The notes beneath the pieces were generated by a model, which had not been told where the DNA came from, did not search any database, and worked only from the letters and a program-made list of their open reading frames with translations. Shown here piece by piece: positions 8,027 to 16,440 of a stretch of 31,219 bases of DNA. The stretch is from a virus (taxonomy: Duplodnaviria; Caudoviricetes): positions 1-31,219 of the IMG/VR virus record IMGVR_UViG_3300026263_000005; one strand, 5' to 3'. The stretch's first letter is position 1. Each line of letters opens with the position of its first letter. Position numbers and translations under genes: made by a program.

Positions 8027-8730
8027 CAAATAAAGTATGTGTAATCTCCGTCACTCCAGATGCTGAGAGAACTATAGGATACATAGCACGTGTATCTAAC
8101 CCAAAGAACCAGGACAACGAGAAGGTCTCTGGTCTTTTAAAGTATTGCATTAAGCATGGACACTGGTCTGTCTTTGAGCAAGCACACATGACTGTTGAGA
8201 TTAATACAACACGTGGACTTGCTGCACAGATACTGAGACACAGGTCATTCACATACCAAGAGTTCAGTCAGAGGTATGCTGATTCATCTTTACTAGGTGA
8301 TGAGATACCACTACCAGAACTAAGAAGACAGGACACTAAGAACCGTCAGAATAGTATCAATGATCTTGACCCTAAGGTGGTCAACAAGTATGAGATACTC
8401 ATGGCAGATCACTTCAGACATGGTATGGATCTCTATCAGCAGATGCTTAATGATGGTATCGCTAAGGAGTGTGCTAGGTTTGTACTACCACTAGCGACAC
8501 CCACTAGGTTATACATGACAGGTAGTGTACGTAGTTGGATTCATTATATAAACTTACGCTCTGCTAATGGTACTCAGAAAGAGCACATGGACATTGCTAA
8601 TACTATTAAGAGACACTTTGTGTGTCAGTTTCCAGTAGTATCAGAAGCATTAGAGTGGTGTGATAATGAATGTGATTGTAAAGAAGATGATTACTGGGGT
8701 GATACACAACCCTGCCTACGTATAGATTGA
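8023..8730 (+). CDS. thyX: flavin-dependent thymidylate synthase
   Basis: RHRSFTYQEFSQRY ThyX motif, HWSVFE, KECARFVLP, TQKEH. Confidence 0.97.
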   Translation: MTNKVCVISVTPDAERTIGYIARVSNPKNQDNEKVSGLLKYCIKHGHWSVFEQAHMTVEINTTRGLAAQILRHRSFTYQEFSQRYADSSLLGDEIPLPELRRQDTKNRQNSINDLDPKVVNKYEILMADHFRHGMDLYQQMLNDGIAKECARFVLPLATPTRLYMTGSVRSWIHYINLRSANGTQKEHMDIANTIKRHFVCQFPVVSEALEWCDNECDCKEDDYWGDTQPCLRID

Positions 8731-9317
8731 TGGCAGAAGTAGTACCAGCATTTTCTTCACCCATCTATGTGACAGGTGAGGACAAAGACTTTCCATTGAT
8801 TAACTGGGAGTGTCTAGAGTTCACACCATATAATGTAGAGAGTGTAGGATACCGTACAGTTGATCAGCATGTGTTAGACTCATTCCCTGACTTAGAGGGG
8901 TGGGTCTTTCAGCATGTATTGGACTATGTTATTGGTGCAATGGGAGTTGATCCTGATCTACATTGGCCTGAGATAACATGCTCATGGATCAACAAGTATA
9001 AGAAGGGACAAGCATCAGTACCTCATCACCATGCTAACAGCATGTACTCAGGTAATATATTCTTGCAAGGAGACACAGGTAACTTAGTGTTTGAGAAACC
9101 TAAACATATGGTTGTAGAACCCACGCTCTCCCAACAGAACCTATATAATTCTACTAGCTTTACTTTACCACCAATAAAGTCAGTGCTATGTATGTTTCCG
9201 TCTGATCTTATGCATTACACCTTGCCAAATGAATCAGAATCGGATAGAATAACACTCTCCTTTAATGTAATGGTTAGAGGAACACCACGATGGATAGAAG
9301 ACAATGCCCACGTATGA
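8730..9317 (+). CDS. putative 2OG-Fe(II) oxygenase (TIGR02466-like)
   Basis: SWIN, HHHANSMYSG, FPSDLMH, RITLSFN. Confidence 0.85.
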   Translation: MAEVVPAFSSPIYVTGEDKDFPLINWECLEFTPYNVESVGYRTVDQHVLDSFPDLEGWVFQHVLDYVIGAMGVDPDLHWPEITCSWINKYKKGQASVPHHHANSMYSGNIFLQGDTGNLVFEKPKHMVVEPTLSQQNLYNSTSFTLPPIKSVLCMFPSDLMHYTLPNESESDRITLSFNVMVRGTPRWIEDNAHV

Positions 9318-9537
9318 TTTTAGAAACAAAGAGACAGGTGAGATCATCGAGAACGTAGTCATGTCTATGTGTGACCTCGATAAATATAAAGAGGAGCATC
9401 CAGAGTTAGAAAGATACTTTGGTAACCAAGCTCCAAAGGTTGCTTATGGATTACCTAAGCAGTCAGATGGATTTAAAGATGTGATGAGTAAGATACAATC
9501 TAATCATCCTGCCGCTGACTTATCAAGATTTACCTAA
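9304..9537 (+). CDS. small conserved phage protein (FmdB-like N-terminus, no Zn-ribbon cysteines)
   Basis: MPTYDFRNKETGE start and DGFKDVMSKI motif; position just before phoH. Confidence 0.65.
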   Translation: MPTYDFRNKETGEIIENVVMSMCDLDKYKEEHPELERYFGNQAPKVAYGLPKQSDGFKDVMSKIQSNHPAADLSRFT

Positions 9538-9540
9538 ATT

Positions 9541-10296
9541 ATGGCAGTAAAGAAGCGTAAGACAACCTCTCAAAACAACAGCAGAAGTGCTAAAGCAATG
9601 AGACGCAAGAAGCCTATAAGCATAGACCAACTTAAACAGATCGAACCGATAGGTGACAATCAGAAGTTGGTTTTTGATTCCTTTAAAGAGGGTAGGAATC
9701 TTGTGTTGCATGGTGCTGCTGGTACTGGTAAGACATTCATCAGTCTTTACCTAGCACTGGAGCAGGTACTTGACTTATCGTCACCATATGAGAAAATATA
9801 TATGGTTCGCTCTCTTGTACCTACGAGAGAGATTGGTTTCCTACCAGGAGATCACGAGGACAAGTCAAACTTATATCAGATACCTTATAAGAACATGGTG
9901 AAATACATGTTCGAGATGCCTGATGAACCTTCATTTGAGATGCTTTACGATGGTCTAAGAGTACAGCAGACCATATCTTTTTGGTCTACCTCTTTCATAC
10001 GTGGTACAACATTTGACAGGTCTATTATAATAGTAGATGAGTTCTCTAACTTAAACTTCCATGAGCTTGACTCTATTGTTACTCGTGTGGGGCAGGACTG
10101 TAGGATTATATTCTCAGGGGACTATTCACAATCTGACTTAATCAAAACAGGAGAACGTCAAGGTGTGCTAGACTTCATGAAGATCCTCCAATCTATGCCG
10201 TCCTTTGAGACTGTGGAGTTTGGTATCGGAGACATCGTACGTTCTGGGTTAGTACGTGAGTATTTACTCAGCAAAATCAATCTAGGGTTTCATTAA
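9541..10296 (+). CDS. phoH: PhoH-family ATPase
   Basis: Walker A GAAGTGKT, IGFLPG, FIRGTT, IIVDE, GDYSQ, DIVRSGLV. Confidence 0.97.
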   Translation: MAVKKRKTTSQNNSRSAKAMRRKKPISIDQLKQIEPIGDNQKLVFDSFKEGRNLVLHGAAGTGKTFISLYLALEQVLDLSSPYEKIYMVRSLVPTREIGFLPGDHEDKSNLYQIPYKNMVKYMFEMPDEPSFEMLYDGLRVQQTISFWSTSFIRGTTFDRSIIIVDEFSNLNFHELDSIVTRVGQDCRIIFSGDYSQSDLIKTGERQGVLDFMKILQSMPSFETVEFGIGDIVRSGLVREYLLSKINLGFH

Positions 10297-11000
10297 TGAA
10301 AGTGTTTAATCATGTGGGTCCTGCGAGGAAGTTGGATGAACTTCCCACCCAAAACGTTGAGGGCAGACGATTTTATAAGTCTCCCGAAGGTCATTGGTAC
10401 CCCTCTGTTACTACTGTGGTTGGTAAACAATCCATAGATGGTATAAAGAAATGGGAAGAGAGAATAGGTTGGGTTAAAGCAGAGAAGATTCGTAGAGAAT
10501 CCTCTTGGCGTGGTACTCAGTACCATACTATCGTGGAGTATTATCTTAACAATGACATTACGAAAGTTGAGAAGAGCGAGGGTCTTCCCTCGTACCTTTT
10601 TGGGTTTAGTCGTGAGATCCTTGATCGTATTGATAATATTCACCTTCTGGAAGCCCCTCTTTATTCTAACGATCTACGGATTGGTGGGCGTGTTGATTGT
10701 ATTGCTGAGTTTGATGGCGAACTTGCTATAATAGACTTTAAGACAACCAAGGACATCAAGAAGGTGGAATGGTTGGACAAGTATTTTGTACAAGAAGCAG
10801 CGTACGCTTACATGTACTACGAACGCACTGGTGTGGAGGTTAAGAAACTTGTGACCTTATCTGTTGCAGAGAATGGTCAGACTCAAGTCGAAGAACGCTA
10901 CGACAAGGCTCCTTACATAGACACACTGTGTGAGTGGATCAAAGAGTTTCAGATGGAGTTCCTAACTGAATCCATAACTAATGGAGTTATTACAGAATGA
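10296..11000 (+). CDS. PD-(D/E)XK (RecB/Cas4-like) exonuclease
   Basis: YPSVTTV, RGTQYH, GRVDCIAE..IIDFKT, QEAAY; no Fe-S cysteine cluster. Confidence 0.88.
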   Translation: MKVFNHVGPARKLDELPTQNVEGRRFYKSPEGHWYPSVTTVVGKQSIDGIKKWEERIGWVKAEKIRRESSWRGTQYHTIVEYYLNNDITKVEKSEGLPSYLFGFSREILDRIDNIHLLEAPLYSNDLRIGGRVDCIAEFDGELAIIDFKTTKDIKKVEWLDKYFVQEAAYAYMYYERTGVEVKKLVTLSVAENGQTQVEERYDKAPYIDTLCEWIKEFQMEFLTESITNGVITE

Positions 11001-11242
11001 AAGAGCTTGAGGAAAATTTTATGTCACAAAGTAAGTTTAGTACTTTGGTAGAACATACCGTACAGAATAGTAATGGTCTCATAAACTACATAGAGGCAGT
11101 CGCAGCAGTGTGTGACGAATATAATATTGAGATCGAAGTCGTTAACAAATTGATTTCTAAACCACTGAAGGATAAGATCAAAGCTAACGCACAACTTTTA
11201 AATTGTATCAAACGCACAAGTAGGGGGGTTTTACCATTATGA
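10997..11242 (+). CDS. 33: late transcription coactivator gp33
   Basis: FSTLVE, NYIEAV, KLISKPLKDKIKANAQLLN, terminal LPL; synteny with gp32. Confidence 0.88.
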   Translation: MKELEENFMSQSKFSTLVEHTVQNSNGLINYIEAVAAVCDEYNIEIEVVNKLISKPLKDKIKANAQLLNCIKRTSRGVLPL

Positions 11243-11613
11243 ATGAAGATTTCTTCCGTTCTGAAGTGATAGCAAAAGAACTAGATGATCTTCAGACAAC
11301 TTACAATGAGTTGTTAAAGATGTCTAGTAAATTAAACACACTAGACAAGGTGCAGCAGTTGGATCATATCAACAAGACGTTAGAGTTGGTTGCCAAGCAG
11401 AAAGTATTTTATGCTCGTCTTCAGTTGATGAGTACCTATGTCACAAACGAGGAAGATGATCAGTCGTCAGACGTTAAAGAGGTGAAGGAAAGGATCGATA
11501 TGGTCAGTAACCTATACTCTGGTGGCAACAGCAATCTTTTAGATATATTACAGGCGATGGAGGACAAACTCCTGTGTTGGAAGAAGGATTTAGAGGGGGT
11601 TGACAAGACCTAA
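11239..11613 (+). CDS. DUF1825-like protein (cyanobacterial family)
   Basis: FFRSEVI..EL and KQKVFYARLQL motifs; helical composition. Confidence 0.65.
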   Translation: MNEDFFRSEVIAKELDDLQTTYNELLKMSSKLNTLDKVQQLDHINKTLELVAKQKVFYARLQLMSTYVTNEEDDQSSDVKEVKERIDMVSNLYSGGNSNLLDILQAMEDKLLCWKKDLEGVDKT

Positions 11614-11635
11614 ATAGTATGCCATCATATGATGG
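11600..11635 (+). promoter_or_regulatory. gp32 promoter region: TTGACA, late-type CTAAATA and 14-bp palindrome
   Basis: TTGACA 11600-11605, CTAAATA 11610-11616, weak -10 (CATCAT 11623-11628), CCATCATATGATGG 11622-11635. Confidence 0.65.
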
Positions 11636-11671
11636 TAAACAAGCCAAATACAAAAACACACGGAGAATACA

Positions 11672-12574
11672 ATGTCATTTGCATCCCTTAAGAAGTCCTC
11701 TAGGTCTTCCATTGCTAGTTTAACAAAGGAACTAGAGAAACTGAACACTAAGGGCGGCGGTAACGGTCCTGACGAACGACTCTGGAAACCAGAAGTCGAT
11801 AAGGCAGGCAACGGTTATGCTGTCATTCGTTTCCTTCCTGCTCCAACAGGAGAGGAACTACCTTGGGCACAGGTATGGTCACATGCTTTCCAAGGACCAG
11901 GAGGTTGGTACATCGAGAACAGTCTGACTACATTAGGTCAGAATGATCCAGTTGGTGAACTCAACCGTATCCTATGGAACAGTGGTCTGGATACAGACAA
12001 GGACGTTGCACGTAAGCAGAAGCGTAAGCTTTCTTACTACAGTAACATCTTGGTCGTTAAAGATCCTCTACACCCAGAGAATGAAGGAAGAGTCTTCCTA
12101 TACAAGTATGGTAAGAAGATCCATGACAAGTTAGTTGAGGCAATGAAGCCACAGTTTGAGGATGAGCAACCCATCAACCCATTCGATTTTTGGAAGGGTG
12201 CTGACTTTAAGTTAAAGATTGTCAGGCAAGATGGATATTGGAACTATGATCGTTCCGAGTTCGCATCACTATCAGTCTTAGGTGACTATGATGATGCTAA
12301 ACTAGAGGAGATCTATAACCAAGAGTATAGTCTCGCAGCATTTACTAATGCTGAGAACTTTAAACCTTACGAGGCATTAGAGAAGAGATTAAACCTAGTT
12401 CTAGGTAAGAACAAGGCACGTGTACAGACACGTGACGAGGAACTGGAAGATCCTGTGCCAGTTGTAGAAGAGAACACTACGGTCACCGCAGGGTTCGGAA
12501 ACAGTGTAGAATCATTAAAGACAGATGAGGATCCTGATCTGTCATATTTTGCACGATTAGCCGAGGAAGGTTGA
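11672..12574 (+). CDS. 32: single-stranded DNA-binding protein gp32
   Basis: DERLWKP, GNGYAVIRFLP, WYIENSLTT, YKYGKKI, NYDRSEF; acidic tail ending LSYFARLAEE. Confidence 0.97.
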   Translation: MSFASLKKSSRSSIASLTKELEKLNTKGGGNGPDERLWKPEVDKAGNGYAVIRFLPAPTGEELPWAQVWSHAFQGPGGWYIENSLTTLGQNDPVGELNRILWNSGLDTDKDVARKQKRKLSYYSNILVVKDPLHPENEGRVFLYKYGKKIHDKLVEAMKPQFEDEQPINPFDFWKGADFKLKIVRQDGYWNYDRSEFASLSVLGDYDDAKLEEIYNQEYSLAAFTNAENFKPYEALEKRLNLVLGKNKARVQTRDEELEDPVPVVEENTTVTAGFGNSVESLKTDEDPDLSYFARLAEEG

Positions 12575-12870
12575 TGAAGAAATGGTTACTAGCATTACCT
12601 TTGGTCATGTTTGCAGCACCTGCTCAAGCAGTAACATGGGAACAACTAGTAGAGTGGGCAGAAACGCCCACTCATTACCATTCTCCACCATATCACCATC
12701 ACCATGGTCATTCACATTACCAGGAACGTCGTTGGTGTAATCAGATAGTATATAAGGAAGAGTACGTACCAGGCAGACCTGATTACCATGGTAATTGGAT
12801 GCCAGGACATGTTAACAAGTGGCAAGAGACAAATAGGATCCCATGTAGACGGAGGAGACATTATCACTGA
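12574..12870 (+). CDS. small secreted His-rich protein
   Basis: Signal peptide MKKWLLALPLVMFAAPAQA, His tract, C..EEYVPG..PG..PC motif. Confidence 0.75.
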   Translation: MKKWLLALPLVMFAAPAQAVTWEQLVEWAETPTHYHSPPYHHHHGHSHYQERRWCNQIVYKEEYVPGRPDYHGNWMPGHVNKWQETNRIPCRRRRHYH

Positions 12871-13421
12871 TGCTATATCAAACATATAATAATCCTGAAG
12901 CAAAGGAAATGAATCCTAAGCTTCATGAAAGTGTGAAGAAATACGTTGTTACTGACCTTGCTAAGGGTGGTGCATCAAGAACAGAATTTAACTTCCATGA
13001 GAAGAAAATAGACGACCTAAGTCGTCTTTTTAATTGGATAGAAAATGTGTTACCTCAAGCAGCATTTCATTTCGCTCAGGGTAGTGTTGATGATAAATAT
13101 GATCCAACTCTATTAGGGTTTGATCCAAAAAGATTTAAGATAGCAGAGTGTTGGGGTATAGAGTTTAACAAAGGAGATACTGTAGAAGCACACAACCATT
13201 TCCCATACTCCATGTCATTCTGTTACTATGTTAATGTACCAGACAAGGACACACCACTGGTTCTCTTTAATGAACTAGGAAATAGTAGTGACATGATGGG
13301 TGAAGCAGTTCCTGTTGAGGATGGTATGCTATGCTTCTTCCATTCTAAGACATTTCACTTCGTACCTCCGAGTCAGAGCGACGGACGTTGTACTATCGTA
13401 GGAAATATATTATATAATTGA
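12870..13421 (+). CDS. putative 2OG-Fe(II) oxygenase (TIGR02466-like)
   Basis: CWG, AHNHFP, SFCYYV, FHFVPP, RCTIVGN. Confidence 0.82.
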   Translation: MLYQTYNNPEAKEMNPKLHESVKKYVVTDLAKGGASRTEFNFHEKKIDDLSRLFNWIENVLPQAAFHFAQGSVDDKYDPTLLGFDPKRFKIAECWGIEFNKGDTVEAHNHFPYSMSFCYYVNVPDKDTPLVLFNELGNSSDMMGEAVPVEDGMLCFFHSKTFHFVPPSQSDGRCTIVGNILYN

Positions 13422-13428
13422 TATATTA

Positions 13429-13464
13429 TTTCGACTTTTGATTACAGATAAGTCGGAAAAAAAA
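13429..13464. other. inverted repeat plus A-tract at the convergent transcription junction
   Basis: TTTCGACTT (13429-13437) ... AAGTCGGAAA (13450-13459) running into A8; lies between convergent stop codons. Confidence 0.55.
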
Positions 13465-13476
13465 CTCAAGGTATTT

Positions 13477-14361
13477 TTAACTTCCAGAGGTTGAGCTAGC
13501 ATCTGTAGTACCAGAGATAACTCCAGATGAGTTAACAGTACCAGTATTTGATGTATCTACAGTTCTGACCTGTTCACCAGATGACAGTGTAGTCACTGTA
13601 ACGGTTCTATTGACTAATTCTTGATTAGACGCAAAAGCGACTGTAGCAGATTGACCATATACTGTGCTATATCCATTTTTCTCTGTAACGAAGATTTCCT
13701 CTACAGCACCCCAAGTCATTTTTACGTCACCAGAATCAACTTCTTCATGTGGCGAATATTGGCATAATCGTCTAAATTCCTCTGCAAAGGTTTCTACGTA
13801 TGCAGGCTTTAATAACCATATATTTGCCTTATAGTCATTTATCTGTTTTTCATGTTCATAGTTGGTAATAGGCACTGACGCATTTGTCACTGTGACTCCC
13901 TGAATCTTATAGGTGAAATTTTCGTTTACTTGTAATCCTGCAGGTACAACGATATCACCTCTATTGGATATTACCTCTTCATCTTGGTGATAGTCATTTG
14001 ATCTTATTTCGTTAGTTTCGTAATGGTGGATTTCATCGGTATTACCATATTTCTTCGTAATTACGTTATATAACTGATCTTCGGATAATGGCCATTCATC
14101 ATAAACGTTTATAATATTGTTACATAGCAAAACAATCCAATCATAGTCAGTAGATCCATAAAACCTTTGAGCGACCTGATCTGGTCTTTCGTTATTTTGT
14201 ATAGTTACTTGCTCAAATCCAAGAATTGCTTTTTGGATAGTATCAATAATTTTTGCTCTTCTAAAGATATTCGTAGCTACAACATATGGTTCGACGTTAT
14301 TGCGTCGTATACTAGTAACCCTTACTTTGACTTTAGGTAGATATTTAAAATAATTTGACAT
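13477..14361 (-). CDS. 53: baseplate wedge subunit gp53
   Basis: YFKYLP, NIFRR, ERPDQVA..FYG..YDWIVLL.NNI.NVYDEWP (LysM-like), IHHYET. Confidence 0.93.
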   Translation of the reverse strand: MSNYFKYLPKVKVRVTSIRRNNVEPYVVATNIFRRAKIIDTIQKAILGFEQVTIQNNERPDQVAQRFYGSTDYDWIVLLCNNIINVYDEWPLSEDQLYNVITKKYGNTDEIHHYETNEIRSNDYHQDEEVISNRGDIVVPAGLQVNENFTYKIQGVTVTNASVPITNYEHEKQINDYKANIWLLKPAYVETFAEEFRRLCQYSPHEEVDSGDVKMTWGAVEEIFVTEKNGYSTVYGQSATVAFASNQELVNRTVTVTTLSSGEQVRTVDTSNTGTVNSSGVISGTTDASSTSGS

Positions 14362-14365
14362 ATTC

Positions 14366-15532
14366 TTATTTATTTGCTAATTCTTTGAGGGCAGCTGCAG
14401 TTACAGGATCAAACTCATATCTAGGAGCTTCTTCACCGAATACTCCAGTACCCTTATTTTGATCATCATTAAGTTCACTCCATATAAGGTCGTTGGTGAG
14501 GAATGCAGTCTCATCAAATCTTAGGGTCATCTTATAAGAACCAGGACCATAATCCTCTGTCTGTGCTTCACCTTTTTCATTATAGGATCTAAGAGACGTG
14601 TTTTGACCATTAGGGGTCAAGTTTAACTGCATATCTGTCAATACCATTTTGACAGGGAATTGCATAATTTTGGTTAGTGTCTGTGGTCTTGATAACCTAT
14701 CCACTCCCTGTCCACTTTTTAGTTCTGCTGGTGTGAAACGGACAATATCAGTTTTAAAGAATTTAGGAATAGATAGCCATTCATCGTTACTACCCGTTTT
14801 TGTGGGTAGCATTGCAAATCTTAAAACATCAATAATATTCTGAATATTTCTCATTTCACTATAGTTTCTAGGTTGCATATCGAAGTTAAAGGAATGACTA
14901 CGATACCGAACACCTTTAAATGTAGTTTCTTCGTATGGGTTAAATACTCTCTTATTCTGTAATGCTGATAGTGCGTCTTTATCTGCTACAGAACCACCTG
15001 TAAATGCTGAAGCACCATTAAATGCACCTGTAATTGCTTGGAATATTGCCTGTTTTCCTCTAACCTTTGCACCTGCTTGTAGCAGTTCTGCCCCAAACCC
15101 ACCAGCGTCCATATTCCCGTCTTTATCTATTATATTATTTTCTGCCCATTCAGCAGCACCAAGTAATGAATTACCAAATGGTCCTAGAGCACTTCTATTG
15201 TAGTTAGTACTATATTGTTCGTTAAGTTGGTGGGGTAGATATAAATAAACAGTACGCCATATACCTTGGGTACTATCACCTTCTTTCCGTCCACCTTGGA
15301 ATCCAATACCTTTTTCTAGTGCACTGAAACTTTTCTCACCAGCACCTTGGGATTTTCGCTTTGATTTTATGTAATTGTATGGATTTGATTTCTCTGGGTC
15401 ATATATGGTGAACTTAAGGTAATCCATTACCTTAGTTCCAAATTTGGCTCTATGCTTTATCTCATCATTACTACTACCTGGACCTGCAGGAGGAATCTCT
15501 GGATAGATTAATTTATTCTTGGCGGCAGACAT
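14366..15532 (-). CDS. 48: baseplate tail-tube cap gp48
   Basis: LIYP, VYLYLP, FNPYEETTFKGVRYRSHSFNFDMQPRN, LRFDET; synteny with gp53 and gp4. Confidence 0.88.
   Translation of the reverse strand: MSAAKNKLIYPEIPPAGPGSSNDEIKHRAKFGTKVMDYLKFTIYDPEKSNPYNYIKSKRKSQGAGEKSFSALEKGIGFQGGRKEGDSTQGIWRTVYLYLPHQLNEQYSTNYNRSALGPFGNSLLGAAEWAENNIIDKDGNMDAGGFGAELLQAGAKVRGKQAIFQAITGAFNGASAFTGGSVADKDALSALQNKRVFNPYEETTFKGVRYRSHSFNFDMQPRNYSEMRNIQNIIDVLRFAMLPTKTGSNDEWLSIPKFFKTDIVRFTPAELKSGQGVDRLSRPQTLTKIMQFPVKMVLTDMQLNLTPNGQNTSLRSYNEKGEAQTEDYGPGSYKMTLRFDETAFLTNDLIWSELNDDQNKGTGVFGEEAPRYEFDPVTAAALKELANK
14367..14374 (-). promoter_or_regulatory. late promoter AATAAATA 5 nt upstream of the gp53 start
   Basis: Plus strand TATTTATT at 14367-14374, overlapping the gp48 stop codon. 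Confidence 0.5.
15240..15247 (+). promoter_or_regulatory. late promoter TATAAATA antisense within gp48, facing gp4
   Basis: Exact TATAAATA, 285 nt upstream of the gp4 ATG. Confidence 0.5.
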
Positions 15533-15973
15533 ATGAGTTATTCAGGAAAATTCAGACCATCACGAAGACATAAGTATAAAGGAGACCCTACAAACATTAT
15601 TTATAGAAGTTTGTGGGAACTTAAATTTATGAAGTGGTGTGACAAGAATGAAAACGTTTTGGAATGGGGAAGTGAAGAGATTATTATTCCATATGTCTCT
15701 CCCGTGGATAATCGTGTGCATCGTTATTTTCCCGATTTCTATGTTAAAGCAGTCACGAGAAATGGAAAATCCTCAAAAAGCATCATTGAGATCAAACCTT
15801 ATGCTCAGACTAAACAACCGAAACGTACAACCACTCGTAAGGTGAGTAGAAGGTATCTTAGTGAAGTCAAGACATATGCTGTTAACAATGCTAAGTGGAA
15901 AGCAGCAGATAGTTATTGTAAGGATCGTAGAATGACGTTTCGTATACTCACAGAAAAAGAACTCAAAGTATGA
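15533..15973 (+). CDS. 4: head completion nuclease gp4
   Basis: KYKGD..NIIYRSLWE, WGSEE, HRYFPDF, IEIKP, N.AKW, ILTEKEL. Confidence 0.95.
   Translation: MSYSGKFRPSRRHKYKGDPTNIIYRSLWELKFMKWCDKNENVLEWGSEEIIIPYVSPVDNRVHRYFPDFYVKAVTRNGKSSKSIIEIKPYAQTKQPKRTTTRKVSRRYLSEVKTYAVNNAKWKAADSYCKDRRMTFRILTEKELKV
15598..15605 (-). promoter_or_regulatory. late promoter TATAAATA antisense within gp4, facing gp48/gp53
   Basis: Plus strand TATTTATA at 15598-15605, 65 nt upstream of the gp48 start. Confidence 0.6.
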
Positions 15974-16440
15974 GCATCTTTAAGGACATCAAGGAACTTG
16001 CTGGTGGTAAACCTCAATCAAAAGATTGGTATCGCTCACAGTTATTTTATGGATTGCCAGATTTGCAGACAGATATAAAGGCAGGATTGGTATTATTTTA
16101 TAATTACAATGCTACTACTGAGGGATTACCATTCTTTGATCGTTATCCGATGACTCTGATTAGTGGGATTAATCCAGCTACAGGTCATTTTTATGGCGGT
16201 AATCTACACTATTTACGTCCAGAAGTACGACAGGGAGTGGCAAAAACATGGGGTAATGGTGGTACTACATATCCTCTTCGTTGCCATCATAAATACTTAA
16301 TGTCAAATGCTACAACTATAAAGGTGGTAGAACCTATAGAACTGCGTGATATGATCCCGTTACCGTTAGAAAAATTTGTTGTTAACGTTGCTGGTCAGAG
16401 ACTTGATATACCTAGTAGCTTCATTTGGAGTCGAGTCTAA
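15970..16440 (+). CDS. 2: DNA end protector protein gp2-like
   Basis: WYR, FYNYNA..LPFFDRYP, GGNLHYL, HKYL, LPLEKFV; follows gp4. Confidence 0.85.
   Translation: MSIFKDIKELAGGKPQSKDWYRSQLFYGLPDLQTDIKAGLVLFYNYNATTEGLPFFDRYPMTLISGINPATGHFYGGNLHYLRPEVRQGVAKTWGNGGTTYPLRCHHKYLMSNATTIKVVEPIELRDMIPLPLEKFVVNVAGQRLDIPSSFIWSRV
16288..16295 (+). promoter_or_regulatory. possible late promoter CATAAATA within gp2
   Basis: Near-consensus motif about 145 nt upstream of ATG 16440. Confidence 0.35.

Noticed and set aside
9380-9386. ATAAATA inside the FmdB-like gene as a late promoter for phoH
   Set aside because: Explained by Asp-Lys-Tyr codons, with no independent support; not excluded.
9480-9541. Pho box upstream of phoH
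   Set aside because: Only a 3-nt intergenic gap and no tandem Pho-box repeats seen.
10296-11000. Cas4-like nuclease as a sign of CRISPR
   Set aside because: No repeat-spacer array or other cas genes, no Fe-S cysteines; standard exonuclease position beside phoH and gp33.
8023-12574. Intron, intein or homing endonuclease in thyX, phoH or gp32
   Set aside because: All ORFs are contiguous and of normal length, with no HNH, GIY-YIG or LAGLIDADG motifs.
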